This document shows positions 8,601 to 18,553 of a stretch of DNA of 64,000 nucleotides, in pieces; positions within the stretch are counted from its first letter, which is position 1, and each line of letters begins with the position of its first letter. The stretch is taken from NCBI GenBank assembly GCA_035637335.1, contig DASPXI010000046.1, positions 1,311 to 65,310 on the forward strand. The letters run 5' to 3'. The notes below the pieces were generated by a model, which did not search any database, had not been told where the DNA came from, and saw nothing but the letters and a program-made list of their open reading frames with translations. Origin of the DNA: Acidimicrobiia bacterium. GTDB taxonomy: Bacteria; Actinomycetota; Acidimicrobiia; IMCC26256; JACDBD01. The position numbers and the translations under genes are program-made.

Positions 8601-10975
8601 CGAGGCGTGGCGGGAGCCGTCCCCACGAACGCGACGGGTGCGGCCTGATTGCCGTTGCCGTTCGCGTGCTCGCCCGCCGGCGGCCGGAGGCGCCGGCCCA
8701 GGGTTCGCGTGCGCCCGTACAGGGTCGTGCGCTGCTCGAGGGTGCGGCCCAGCGGCTCGACGATCTGGCGGAACTCGTGCTCGTCGAGCTCCTGGCCGTG
8801 GCTGGCGCCCGCCGCCCGGGAGATGTTCTCGTCCATGAGCGTCCCGCCGAGGTCGTTGGCACCGGCCTTCAGCGCCTGCTGCGCACCGTCGACGCCCATC
8901 TTCACCCACGACACCTGGATGTTGTCGATGCACCCGCGGTATGCGATGCGCGCCGCGGCATGGATGAGCACGGCTTCTCGGAACGTCGGACCGGGACGGG
9001 CGCGGTGCTGCAGGAAGATCGGGCTCGCCATGTGGACGAAGGGGAGCGGCACGAACTCGGTGAACCCGCCCGTCTCCTTCTGCAGCGCGCGCGTCCGCAC
9101 CATGTGACGAGCGACGTGGATCGGCTGCTCGACGTGCCCGAACATGATCGTGATGTTCGAGCGCAGGCCGATCGAATGGGCGATGCGGTGCGCTTCGAGC
9201 CACTCGTCAGTGGTGACCTTGTCGGGGCAGATCACGGCGCGCACGTCGTCGTCGAGAATCTCTGCCGCCGTGCCGGGCAGAGTCGACAACCCGGCATCCT
9301 TGGCGAGAAGCAGGTAGTCGCGCAGCGGCATGTCGAGGCGGCGCGCGCCCTCGGTGACCTCGAGCGCGGTGAACGCGTGGACGTGGATGTCGGGCGCCAC
9401 TTCTTTCACGGCGCGGGCGACCGACAGGTAATAGTCGCCGTCGAAGTCCGGGTGGATGCCGCCCTGGAGGCAGACCTCGGTCGCGCCGCAGTCAACCGCC
9501 TCTACGACGCGGCGCTGGATCTCCTCGTGGTCGAGGAGGTACGGGGTGCCGCGCAGGTTCAGCGAGAGCGGGCCCTTCGAGAACGCGCAGAAGCGGCACT
9601 TGAACGTGCAGACGTTCGTGTAGTTGATGTTGCGGTTACGGACGAACGTGACGACGTCCCCGACGGCGTGACGTCGCAGGTCGTCGGCCACCTCGCAGAC
9701 ACGAGCCAGCTCCGGCCCGCGCGCTGACAGCAGTGTGACGAGCTCCTCGATACCGACCTCGGCGCCGGTGACGACGCCGTCCAGCACCTCGCCGACGGGA
9801 CCGCCGGCGTGCGCGCGAGCGGGGATGAGCCGCGGTGGATGCTCGGTTCCGCCCGCCGACCACGCGTCCTCGCGCGCGAGGCCGTCGCCGTCGGATGCGA
9901 GCAGGACCGGGAAACGCACGTCGGGATGCTGCCAGTGCTCCGCGTCGCGCACGTACTCCGGGTACACCGTCAGGCGCGGCGCGAGCACCTTCCCGGCCGC
10001 CTCGGTAGCCGCGCGCAGTCGTTCGAGCGCCGGCCACGGACGCTCGGGGTTGACGTGGTCGATCGTGACCGGTGAGACGCCACCCCAGTCGTCGATACCG
10101 GCGGCGACGAGGACGCCGAGGTCGTCGCTCAGGTTGGGCGGTGCCTGCACGTGCATGTCGGGACCGAGCACGAGCCGGGCCGCGGCAACCGTCCACACGA
10201 ACTCGTCGCGATCGCACGCCGGGTGCTGGTGCATAGCTGTGCCCGGCTTGGGAAGGAAGTTCTGAACGATCACTTCCTGCACGTGCCCGTGGCGAGCATG
10301 GCTTTCGCGGATGGCGATCAGTGCGTCGATGCGCTCCGCGCGCGTCTCGCCGATGCCGACGAGGATGCCGGTTGTGAACGTCACCTGCGCCACCCCGGCC
10401 GCCTCCAGCGTGGCCAGCCGCCGCGCCGGTGTCTTGTCGGGGGCGCCGTGGTGCGGCCCGCCCGGCTCGCCCAGCCGGGCCGCCAGGGTCTCGATCATCA
10501 TTCCTTGGGACGGGCTGACGGCGCGCAGCCGCTCCAGCTCTTCCTGCGAGAGCGCGCCGGCGTTGGCGTGCGGCAGCAACCCCGTCTCTGCGAGCACGGC
10601 GCCGCACGCGGCGGCGAGGTAGTCGACGGTCGAGTCGTAGCCGTGGTCGCCGAGCCATTCGCGTGCGGTGGCGTAGCGGTCCTCGGGCGCCTCGCCCAAT
10701 GTGAAGAGGGCCTCGTGACAGCCGGCGGCGGTCCCCCGGCGTGCGACGTCGAGCACCTCGTCGAGCGAGAGGTACGGCGACTCCAGCCGCGCCGGCGGCT
10801 TGGCGAACGTGCAGTAGCCGCAGCGGTCGCGGCACAGCATCGTCAGCGGTATGAAGACCTTGGGCGAGAACGTGATCCGGTCGCCGTGACCGCGATCGCG
10901 AACCCGGCCGGCCTCCACGACGATCTCTTCGAGAGGAACGTCGACGAGATGCTGCGCCTCCGCCGCGCTGAGCAT
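8597..10975 (-). CDS. fbiC: Bifunctional FO synthase (CofG/CofH fusion) for coenzyme F420
   Basis: 792 aa with two radical-SAM CxxxCxxC motifs (CRDRCGYCTF and CTFKCRFCAF). Confidence 0.9.
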   Translation of the reverse strand: MLSAAEAQHLVDVPLEEIVVEAGRVRDRGHGDRITFSPKVFIPLTMLCRDRCGYCTFAKPPARLESPYLSLDEVLDVARRGTAAGCHEALFTLGEAPEDRYATAREWLGDHGYDSTVDYLAAACGAVLAETGLLPHANAGALSQEELERLRAVSPSQGMMIETLAARLGEPGGPHHGAPDKTPARRLATLEAAGVAQVTFTTGILVGIGETRAERIDALIAIRESHARHGHVQEVIVQNFLPKPGTAMHQHPACDRDEFVWTVAAARLVLGPDMHVQAPPNLSDDLGVLVAAGIDDWGGVSPVTIDHVNPERPWPALERLRAATEAAGKVLAPRLTVYPEYVRDAEHWQHPDVRFPVLLASDGDGLAREDAWSAGGTEHPPRLIPARAHAGGPVGEVLDGVVTGAEVGIEELVTLLSARGPELARVCEVADDLRRHAVGDVVTFVRNRNINYTNVCTFKCRFCAFSKGPLSLNLRGTPYLLDHEEIQRRVVEAVDCGATEVCLQGGIHPDFDGDYYLSVARAVKEVAPDIHVHAFTALEVTEGARRLDMPLRDYLLLAKDAGLSTLPGTAAEILDDDVRAVICPDKVTTDEWLEAHRIAHSIGLRSNITIMFGHVEQPIHVARHMVRTRALQKETGGFTEFVPLPFVHMASPIFLQHRARPGPTFREAVLIHAAARIAYRGCIDNIQVSWVKMGVDGAQQALKAGANDLGGTLMDENISRAAGASHGQELDEHEFRQIVEPLGRTLEQRTTLYGRTRTLGRRLRPPAGEHANGNGNQAAPVAFVGTAPATPR

Positions 10976-11024
10976 GCTCGCAGCCTAGGCGTCGATAGAG
11001 GCGGTTCCGACCGCTTGCTCCAAG

Positions 11025-11669
11025 TCAGCCGTTGGCGGCTTCGTCGACGAACCAGATGATGCGGGCGGCGGCAACCAGCGCTGCCGGCAGTTCTTCGCCG
11101 GCCTTGACCCGCTTGAGGGCGTCGCGCTTCTCCTCGCCCGCCACCGTGAACACGGCGAGCGGCGACCGGTTCAGCGCCGGGAACGTCCACGTGAGCCGGG
11201 GATGGGGATGGAGGTCGTCGCCGGTCGCGACGACGAGACGCTCCCGCTCCTCCAGCGCCGGGGAGCCGGGGAACAGCGACGCGGTGTGCCCGTCGGGTCC
11301 GAGCCCGAGGTGCACGAACTCGACGGGTGGGTGCTCCCGAAGCAGCTTGTCGTACGCGTCGGCGGCCTCCTCGATCGTCTCGCCGGCGCGGCGCATCGAG
11401 TACACCGCGGCCGGGAGCACCTGGTCGACGAACGCGTGGCGAGCCATGCCCTCGTTCGAGTCGGGGTCGTCGACCGGCACCCAGCGCTCGTCACCGAAGA
11501 AGATCTCGACCTCGCTCCAGTCGACGTCGGCGACGGCGAGCAGCTCGTAGCACTGACGGGCCGCTGTGCCCCCCGACAGCGCCATCGACGCCGGCGCCTC
11601 CTCCGCCACGAACGCGGCGAACGCCTGCGGTACGTGATCGACCACTCGCAGCTCGCCACGCACGCTCAC
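11025..11669 (-). CDS. pgl: 6-phosphogluconolactonase
   Basis: 214 aa, DevB/Pgl-like (LSGGTAAR, GLGPDGHTASLFP). GTGA overlap with the zwf stop. Confidence 0.85.
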   Translation of the reverse strand: MSVRGELRVVDHVPQAFAAFVAEEAPASMALSGGTAARQCYELLAVADVDWSEVEIFFGDERWVPVDDPDSNEGMARHAFVDQVLPAAVYSMRRAGETIEEAADAYDKLLREHPPVEFVHLGLGPDGHTASLFPGSPALEERERLVVATGDDLHPHPRLTWTFPALNRSPLAVFTVAGEEKRDALKRVKAGEELPAALVAAARIIWFVDEAANG

Positions 11670-13174
11670 GGTGCGCGCCAGACGTCGTCATGGCTCGCGA
11701 GTAGCTCCTCGGCCTCGGCCGGCCCCCAGCTGCCCGCGGGATAGAGGTGCAGCGGGACCCGCCCGGCTTCGAACGCGTCGATGAGCGGCTGCACGATCTG
11801 CCACGCCTGGTCGACCTCGTCGCTGCGGATGAACAGCGTCGCGTCGCCGATGAACGCGTCGCGCAGAACGCGCTCGTATGCCTCGGGGGCGTGCTCTGTG
11901 AACGCCTTCCCGTACCGGAACTCGAGCTCGACGCCACGCACGCGGAATGGCGGCCCCGGGACCTTCGCCGCGAAATGGAGCGTGACTCCCTCATCGGGCT
12001 GGATGTTGAGGACCATGACGTTCGGCTCGACAGAGCTGACCGCGCTCGGCGGCAGCGGGAGGAACGGCACGCGCTGGTACTGGAGCGCGACCTCAGTGAC
12101 GCGGTGGGGGAGGCGCTTTCCCGTTCGCAGGTAGAAGGGCACCCCGGCCCATCGCCAGTTGTCGATGTCGAGCTCGAGTGCGAGGTACGTCTCGACGTTG
12201 CTCTCGGGCGAGACGCCTTCCTCCTCGCGGTAGCCCGGAACCTCGACGCCACCGATCTCTCCACGCGTGTACTCGCCCCGCACCACGGAACGTGTGCGCT
12301 CGTCCGGCTGGAGCGGTCGGACCGACCGCAGCACCTTCACCTTTTCGTTGCGGATCGCGTCGGCTTCGAACGACGCCGGTGGTTCCATCGCAGTGAGCGC
12401 GAGGACCTGCAGGAGGTGGTTCTGGACGATGTCACGCAACGCCCCCGATTGCTCGTAGAAGGTGCCCCGGTGCTCGACGCCGAGGTCCTCCGCCACCGTG
12501 ATCTGCACGTGGTCGACGTACCGGCGATTCCAGATCGGCTCGAAGATCGTGTTCGTGAACCGCAGCGCCAAGATGTTCTGGACCGTCTCCTTCGCCAGGT
12601 AGTGGTCGATGCGGAAGATCTGGTGCTCGTGGAAGTAGCGGTGGAGCTCGGCGTCGAGCGCGCGCGAGCTTCCGAGGTCGCGACCGAACGGCTTCTCGAC
12701 CACGATCCGCCGGAACGCGCCGGGAGGCTCCTCGGCGAGGCCGGCCTCACCGAGCCCCACTGCGACCCGCCCGAACATCTGAGGGATCGTGGCCAGGTAG
12801 AAGAGCGCGTTGCCCGCGGTTCCGTACTGTGCTTCGCAGGCGGCGAGCTCGGCGCCGAGATCGCGGTACGTGGAGTCGTCGTCGAACGAGCCGGCGATGT
12901 ACCGGAACTTCACGCCCCGCTCGTCGAGCACGGTGCGCCCGCCAGGCTCGCCGCCGCCGGCCTTTGCGATCGAGTTGCGGATGTCCGTGGCGAAGTCCTC
13001 GTCGCCCATTTGGGTCCGGGCAACACCGATCACGACCAACCGGCGCGGCAGCTGGTCGGTCGCGGCCAGCGAGGCCAGGGCGGGATAGAGCTTTCGGTGG
13101 GCGAGGTCGCCGGTGGCGCCGAAGACGACGAAGACGGTCGCGGCCGGTACCGCCTCGCCGTTCGGCTCGGCCAT
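11666..13174 (-). CDS. zwf: Glucose-6-phosphate dehydrogenase
   Basis: 502 aa with GATGDLA and the RIDHYLAKE active-site motif. Confidence 0.9.
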   Translation of the reverse strand: MAEPNGEAVPAATVFVVFGATGDLAHRKLYPALASLAATDQLPRRLVVIGVARTQMGDEDFATDIRNSIAKAGGGEPGGRTVLDERGVKFRYIAGSFDDDSTYRDLGAELAACEAQYGTAGNALFYLATIPQMFGRVAVGLGEAGLAEEPPGAFRRIVVEKPFGRDLGSSRALDAELHRYFHEHQIFRIDHYLAKETVQNILALRFTNTIFEPIWNRRYVDHVQITVAEDLGVEHRGTFYEQSGALRDIVQNHLLQVLALTAMEPPASFEADAIRNEKVKVLRSVRPLQPDERTRSVVRGEYTRGEIGGVEVPGYREEEGVSPESNVETYLALELDIDNWRWAGVPFYLRTGKRLPHRVTEVALQYQRVPFLPLPPSAVSSVEPNVMVLNIQPDEGVTLHFAAKVPGPPFRVRGVELEFRYGKAFTEHAPEAYERVLRDAFIGDATLFIRSDEVDQAWQIVQPLIDAFEAGRVPLHLYPAGSWGPAEAEELLASHDDVWRAP

Positions 13175-13177
13175 CTC

Positions 13178-14281
13178 TCAGCCGGTGATCTCGGCGGCGC
13201 GCTTCTCGAGGCTGGCCAGGCAGTCGCGGTATGACCGCGTGAAGCTGCCGACCCCGTCGCGTTCGAGGGTGTCGGTGAGGTCGTCGTAGTCGATGCCCGC
13301 GGCAGGCAGCTCGTCGATGACGCGCCGGGCGCCGTCAAGGTCGCGGAGGATCGTGTCGGGCTGCGGGTTCCCGTGGTCGCGCAACGCGTCGATCGACGGC
13401 TGTGCGAGCGTGTTGACCGTGTCGCGTCCGACGAGCTCGTCGACGTACAGCGTGTTGGAGTACGCCGGGTTCTTGGTCGAGGTCGACGCCCATAGCGGTC
13501 GCTGCTTCCGCGCGCCCTGCGCCTCGAGCGCAGCCCAGCGATCGCCGGTGAACTTCTCGAGGAAGAGCTGGTACGCGAGCTTGGCGTTGGCGACTGCGAC
13601 CTTGCCCCGCAGCGGATGGCCTTCGGGGAGACGCCTGTCGGCTTCGGTGTCGACCCGGCTGACGAAGAACGACGCCACCGACGCGACGCGCGAGATGTCG
13701 CCGCCCTGCTCGGCGTGACGCTCGAGGCCGCGGAAGTACGCCTCGATGACCTGCGTGTACCTGACGAGCGAGAAGATCAGCGTGATGTTGATCGGGATGC
13801 CCTCGGCCAGGCACTGCTCGATGGCGGGGATCCCTGCCAGGGTCGCCGGGATCTTCACGAAGACGTTGGGGCGCGCCGCCTGACCGTGCAGCCAGTGGAC
13901 CTGGTCGATGGTGGCGGCGGTCTCGTCGGCGCGATCGGGCGCGACCTCCACCGACACGAATCCGTCGGCGCCGTCCAGCTCGTCATAGGTGGGGCGGAGC
14001 ACGTCGGCGGCGTGGCGGATGTCGTCGAGGACGAGGGCCCAGTAGGCGGTGTCGATGGGGGCGCCGGCGCGGGTGAGCTCGATGAGCTGCTCGTCGTAGC
14101 CTTCCCCGGCGGCCATGGCCTTCTCGAAGATCGTCGGGTTCGAGGTGACGCCCCGGATGCCGTCGTCGTCCATCATGCGGGCGAGCCCGCCCCCGGTGAT
14201 GAGCTGCCGGGTGAGGTTGTCGTACCAGGGGCTCTGCCCGTAGTCGATGAGGCGGGCGATGGGGGAGCGTGTCGGAGTCAT
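13178..14281 (-). CDS. tal: Transaldolase (actinobacterial long type)
   Basis: 367 aa with GVTSNPTIF and FVKIPAT motifs. Sits between tkt and zwf. Confidence 0.9.
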   Translation of the reverse strand: MTPTRSPIARLIDYGQSPWYDNLTRQLITGGGLARMMDDDGIRGVTSNPTIFEKAMAAGEGYDEQLIELTRAGAPIDTAYWALVLDDIRHAADVLRPTYDELDGADGFVSVEVAPDRADETAATIDQVHWLHGQAARPNVFVKIPATLAGIPAIEQCLAEGIPINITLIFSLVRYTQVIEAYFRGLERHAEQGGDISRVASVASFFVSRVDTEADRRLPEGHPLRGKVAVANAKLAYQLFLEKFTGDRWAALEAQGARKQRPLWASTSTKNPAYSNTLYVDELVGRDTVNTLAQPSIDALRDHGNPQPDTILRDLDGARRVIDELPAAGIDYDDLTDTLERDGVGSFTRSYRDCLASLEKRAAEITG

Positions 14282-16314
14282 CGGGCCCTCCCTCCGGTGG
14301 ATTCGCGTGCGAGCAGGGCGCGGGCGCGGGCAACGACGTTCTCCGGTGTGTACCCGAATTCGGCGAGCGCGACACTGCCGGGCGCGGACGCGCCGAAGTG
14401 GTCGATGGCGATGACGTCATCGGCGTAGCGCTCCCAGCCGTGGCTGGCGCCGGCCTCGACGGCGAGGGTCGGCACGCCCGGCGGCAGGATGCTCTCGCGG
14501 TAGGCGTCGGGCTGCTCGGCGAACAGCTCCCACGACGGCATCGAGACGACGCGCACGGCGAGCCCGTCGCCGGAGAGCTGTTCGCACGCGGCGACGCACA
14601 GCTGCACTTCCGAGCCCGTGCCGATCAGCACGAGGTTGAGGCCGTCGCCGCGCTCGTCGACGAGTGTGTACGCGCCCTTCGGGACGCCTTCCGGGGCGCG
14701 CTCTGCGGTCCCCTCGAGAACGGGCACGCCTTGACGGGTGAGCACGATCGCGGTCGGGCCCTCGCCGTCGATGTGGACGCGCCAAGCTTGCGGAACCTCG
14801 TTGGCGTCAGCGGGACGGATCACGCGCAGTTGCGGTATCGCCCGCAGCGACATGAGGTGCTCGATCGGCTGATGCGTGGGACCATCCTCGCCGAGGCCGA
14901 CCGAGTCGTGTGACCAGACGAACGCGACCTTCGCGTGCTGGAGCGCGGCGAGCCGCACCGCAGGGCGCTCGTAGTCGCTGAAGATTAGGAACGTCCCGCC
15001 GAATGGCAGCGCGCCGCCGGACACCGCCATCCCGTTCATGATCGAGCCCATGCCGTGCTCGCGCACGCCGAAGTGGAGTTGGCGGCCCGTGAAGTCGTCG
15101 CGCGTGATCGGCGACTGGCCCTTCAGCGACGTCCCTGTGTTGCCGGTGAGGTCGGCGCCGCCGCCGATGAGGCCGGGCACCACGTCGAGGATCGCGTCGA
15201 GCACAGTCGCGCACGCCCTGCGGGTCGCGATCTTCTCGCCCGGCTCCCAGGACGGGAGCTTCGCCTCCCATCCTTGGCGGCCGCGGGCGCTGATCATGAG
15301 GTCGTACTCCTCGGCCTTGTCGCCGTCGCGTTCCTTGAACGCGGTCACGCGCTCTCGCCACGCCTCGCGTTCGGGACGGCCGCGGGCGCCGGCCTGGCGG
15401 TAGAAGGCGAGGACGTCGTCGGGGACCCAGAAGTCCTCCCGGGGCATCCCGAGGATCTCCTTCACCTTGGCGACCTCGTCGTCGCCAAGGGGGTCGCCGT
15501 GCGCGTGCGCGGTGTCGGTGTACTTCGGCGACGGGTAGCCGATGTGGCTGCGCAGGATCAGCAACGTCGGGCGGTCCTCGACCGCGATGCCCTCGCGGAA
15601 TCCTCGCTCGAGCGCGTCGAGGTCCTCGGATACCTCGCCGAGCTGCACCACGTGCCAGTGGTAGCCCTCGAAACGCGAGCGCACGTCGTCGGAGTACGCG
15701 AGCTCGGTCGGACCGTCGATCGAGATGTGATTGTCGTCGTAGACGTACATGAGCTTGCCGAGCCCGAGGTGACCGGCGAGTGATGCCGACTCGTGGCTCA
15801 CGCCCTCTTCGAGGTCACCGTCGGAGCAGAACGCGAACACGTGGTGGTCGCACACGTCGGCGCCGAAGCGCTCACGCAGGTGGCGCTCGACGATCGCGAT
15901 GCCCACACCGTTGGCGAAGCCTTGCCCGAGCGGCCCGGTCGTGACCTCGACGCCGGGCGCGTGGCCGTGCTCGGGGTGACCCGGTGTGCGCGAGCCGAAC
16001 TGGCGGAACTGCTTGATGTCCTCGAGATCGAGGCCGTACCCGGTCAGGTACAGCAACGAGTACAAGAGCATCGACGCGTGGCCGTTGGAGAGCACGAACC
16101 GGTCGCGGTCGGGCCAGTCGGGGTCGGTGGCGTCGAACTTGAGGATGCGCGTGTACAGGACGTGGGCGAGGGGCGCGAGGGCCATCGGCGTGCCCGGGTG
16201 ACCCGAGTTGGCCTTCTGGACCGCGTCCATCGACAGCCCGCGGATGACGTTGATCGCGCGGCGCTCGAGCTCTTCTGAGACCGCAGGTGTGGTCGTGACC
16301 GGATCCGCCGTCAT
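14278..16314 (-). CDS. tkt: Transketolase
   Basis: 678 aa with GHPG, the thiamine-diphosphate motif GDGDLEEG, and typical C-terminal domains. Confidence 0.92.
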   Translation of the reverse strand: MTADPVTTTPAVSEELERRAINVIRGLSMDAVQKANSGHPGTPMALAPLAHVLYTRILKFDATDPDWPDRDRFVLSNGHASMLLYSLLYLTGYGLDLEDIKQFRQFGSRTPGHPEHGHAPGVEVTTGPLGQGFANGVGIAIVERHLRERFGADVCDHHVFAFCSDGDLEEGVSHESASLAGHLGLGKLMYVYDDNHISIDGPTELAYSDDVRSRFEGYHWHVVQLGEVSEDLDALERGFREGIAVEDRPTLLILRSHIGYPSPKYTDTAHAHGDPLGDDEVAKVKEILGMPREDFWVPDDVLAFYRQAGARGRPEREAWRERVTAFKERDGDKAEEYDLMISARGRQGWEAKLPSWEPGEKIATRRACATVLDAILDVVPGLIGGGADLTGNTGTSLKGQSPITRDDFTGRQLHFGVREHGMGSIMNGMAVSGGALPFGGTFLIFSDYERPAVRLAALQHAKVAFVWSHDSVGLGEDGPTHQPIEHLMSLRAIPQLRVIRPADANEVPQAWRVHIDGEGPTAIVLTRQGVPVLEGTAERAPEGVPKGAYTLVDERGDGLNLVLIGTGSEVQLCVAACEQLSGDGLAVRVVSMPSWELFAEQPDAYRESILPPGVPTLAVEAGASHGWERYADDVIAIDHFGASAPGSVALAEFGYTPENVVARARALLARESTGGRAR

Positions 16315-16387
16315 GCCCCTCCTCCGCTCCGCCGCTGCGCTCAGGGTATGTGGACACGGTCCTCAGGTGGCGTATTCCCGTTACGCA

Positions 16388-17530
16388 TCACTCGAATAAC
16401 GCGAGGCTGGCCGTGAAGCCGTGCAGGAAGTTGCGGCCGCCCACCGGCCCGATCTCGCCGGCGCAGAACGCCCCCGTCAGCGGGATCGGGCCGAGGAGCT
16501 TCTCGACCAGTCCCGCGTCGTGGTCGGGGACGCTGAACAGGTGCCGGCCCCGGCCGTTGCACGTGAAGAGGAGCGCAGCGTCGGCGTCGGCGTCGGCCAG
16601 CAGCTCCCGGAGGTCCTCGTCGGCGGCGTCGGCGTCACGGACGTGGAACTGCACCGTCTGACCGACTGCGACGCGCTCGCCGACGGCCAGGGCGCCCGAG
16701 CGTTCGTCGGCGCCCAGGAGGTTCCTGACGAGAAAGTCGCCACGGGTGAACTCGGCCTTGTGCTCGTCGACGACGAGCCCGACGTGGAGGCCGCGGCGCA
16801 GAAGGCCCCGCTCTTCCTCGGTCGCGGCGGCGGCGAGCTCCTTCAGCCTTTCGATGGCGGGCTTCCCGCCGAGCTCCTCGATGAGGTTCTGCTCGGCCTT
16901 CGTGACCACGTACGGGCGGCCGATGGGCCGGCAGCCCTGCGACACGAGGGTGCGGACCTCGATCCCGCCGTCGAGGAACACGCCCACCGCGCCCTGATCG
17001 ACCACGCGGTCGTCGAGGACGAGCCGGTTCCCGCCCGGGCTGCCCGCCGACGACGCCATACCACCGATGACACGCAGGTCGGGGAGATCCTGGTTGACCC
17101 GTTGGAGGAACGCGTCGGCCGGAAAGGTGAACGGGTCCGCGAACAGCAGCAGCATCCCGGGAGGACGCTCGAACGCCGGCCAGCCGGTGAGAGCCGCGCC
17201 GTCGGGCGTCTCCTCGACGTGCATCTCGATCGGGGTGACCGTCGTCGCATCCAGTCGGGCTGCGAACGCGGCGAACGCGGGCGTCTCCTCCACCTCGTGC
17301 GGCCCGCCGACGACCGCGACCGCGGTACCGCCGACGAGCTCGCGCGGCTCCAGGATGCTGCGCAACGCGGGCGCCATGTCCTCGAACGCGCCGACGTGAT
17401 GGGTCGACGCGAAGCACACGGCGAGATCGCATCCCTGGTCGCCGAGCTGGTCGATGAGCTCACCGGCGACTTCGCCCACGGCTTGGCTGGCAACCGGGTG
17501 TTGCGACAGCGCAGACGCGAACGTGCTCAC
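16388..17530 (-). CDS. FIST N/C domain signal-transduction protein
   Basis: Track ORF 16388..17590. The C-terminus GAFCAGEIGPVGGRNFLHGFTAS is typical of FIST_C. GTG 17530 forms a GTGA overlap with the upstream stop. Confidence 0.7.
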   Translation of the reverse strand: MSTFASALSQHPVASQAVGEVAGELIDQLGDQGCDLAVCFASTHHVGAFEDMAPALRSILEPRELVGGTAVAVVGGPHEVEETPAFAAFAARLDATTVTPIEMHVEETPDGAALTGWPAFERPPGMLLLFADPFTFPADAFLQRVNQDLPDLRVIGGMASSAGSPGGNRLVLDDRVVDQGAVGVFLDGGIEVRTLVSQGCRPIGRPYVVTKAEQNLIEELGGKPAIERLKELAAAATEEERGLLRRGLHVGLVVDEHKAEFTRGDFLVRNLLGADERSGALAVGERVAVGQTVQFHVRDADAADEDLRELLADADADAALLFTCNGRGRHLFSVPDHDAGLVEKLLGPIPLTGAFCAGEIGPVGGRNFLHGFTASLALFE

Positions 17531-17910
17531 GGGGCGGGAATCGCGGTCAGCGGCACCACCACGGTGGAGCCGGACTCGGTGATCGTACAATGGGCTTCGA
17601 TGGTGCCGGGCTCCGGGAACTCCAGCTCGGGGCGCACGAGCCGGTAGCCGAACTTGCCCGGTTCGACCGAGAACTGCTGCACGTTGCGCGCGATCTCGTC
17701 GCCGTCGCGGGTGAAGACGGCCTCGAACGTGCCGACGCCACTGTCGTCGGCGGGCGCGCGCACGAGCACGATGAGGTGCGGCGTGAGGTGGGCGGGGAAC
17801 TCGGCAACGGGCTCCGAGAAGAACGCGCCCGTGATGTCGATGCGGGTCGACGGGCCGGGAACCTGGCGGAAGTTGAGGTTCTCCACGAAGAGCGCCGCCA
17901 CGATGTCCAT
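17527..17910 (-). CDS. Hypothetical protein (127 aa)
   Basis: C-terminal part of track ORF 17527..18234, starting at ATG 17910 (MDIVAALFVENLNF...). Coupled to the FIST gene. No family recognised. Confidence 0.5.
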   Translation of the reverse strand: MDIVAALFVENLNFRQVPGPSTRIDITGAFFSEPVAEFPAHLTPHLIVLVRAPADDSGVGTFEAVFTRDGDEIARNVQQFSVEPGKFGYRLVRPELEFPEPGTIEAHCTITESGSTVVVPLTAIPAP

Positions 17911-17956
17911 CACTCTGAGGCTAGCGAGGTCGGTCGCCTGCGTAATCTGGCTCGCC

Positions 17957-18553
17957 GTGGGCAGTGCGGTCGACGAGCTCGTAGATGCAGTCTCGGGCGT
18001 GCTCGATCGGGACCTCCCCGAGGCGGACTCGATCGGGGCGATGTGGCCGGCGATGGAGCGGTTCCTCGGCCGGGCCGGCGAGCTGCCCCGCGAGGCATCG
18101 CAGCCGGACGCCGACGGCGGCGCGATCGGGCACCTGCTGTACGACGACCCGGCCGGGCGCTTCCACATCCTCTCCGTCGTCTTTCCGCCAGGAACGAGTA
18201 GCGGGACGCACGAGCACGGCTGCTGGGGGATCATCGGCTACATCGCCGGCCTCGACGAGGAGACGCGCTACCAGCGCGTCGACGGCGGCGCCGCCGACGA
18301 AGGCTGCGTGCTCGAGGAGGTCGAGCGGGTCATTCACGAGCCGGGCACGATCTCGCGGTTGCTCCCGCCCGACGAGATGCACCACCGCGTGCGCAACCCC
18401 GGCACCGAGAACGGCGTCTCCGTGCACGTGCTCTGCCGGCTCCCCGAGACGCACCCGCACAAGTTCTACGACCGCGAGCATCACCGGCTGCTGCCGTACC
18501 CGTTCCGCCGGCTCCCGGACGGGCTCGTCCGCGCCGACGTGGAGTTCAGCTAA
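17957..18553 (+). CDS. Cupin-fold protein (cysteine dioxygenase type I-like)
   Basis: C-terminal part of track ORF 17654..18553 (GTHEHGCWGIIGY...HHRVRNPG). The start is uncertain: GTG 17957 or ATG 17903. Confidence 0.55.
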   Translation: MGSAVDELVDAVSGVLDRDLPEADSIGAMWPAMERFLGRAGELPREASQPDADGGAIGHLLYDDPAGRFHILSVVFPPGTSSGTHEHGCWGIIGYIAGLDEETRYQRVDGGAADEGCVLEEVERVIHEPGTISRLLPPDEMHHRVRNPGTENGVSVHVLCRLPETHPHKFYDREHHRLLPYPFRRLPDGLVRADVEFS

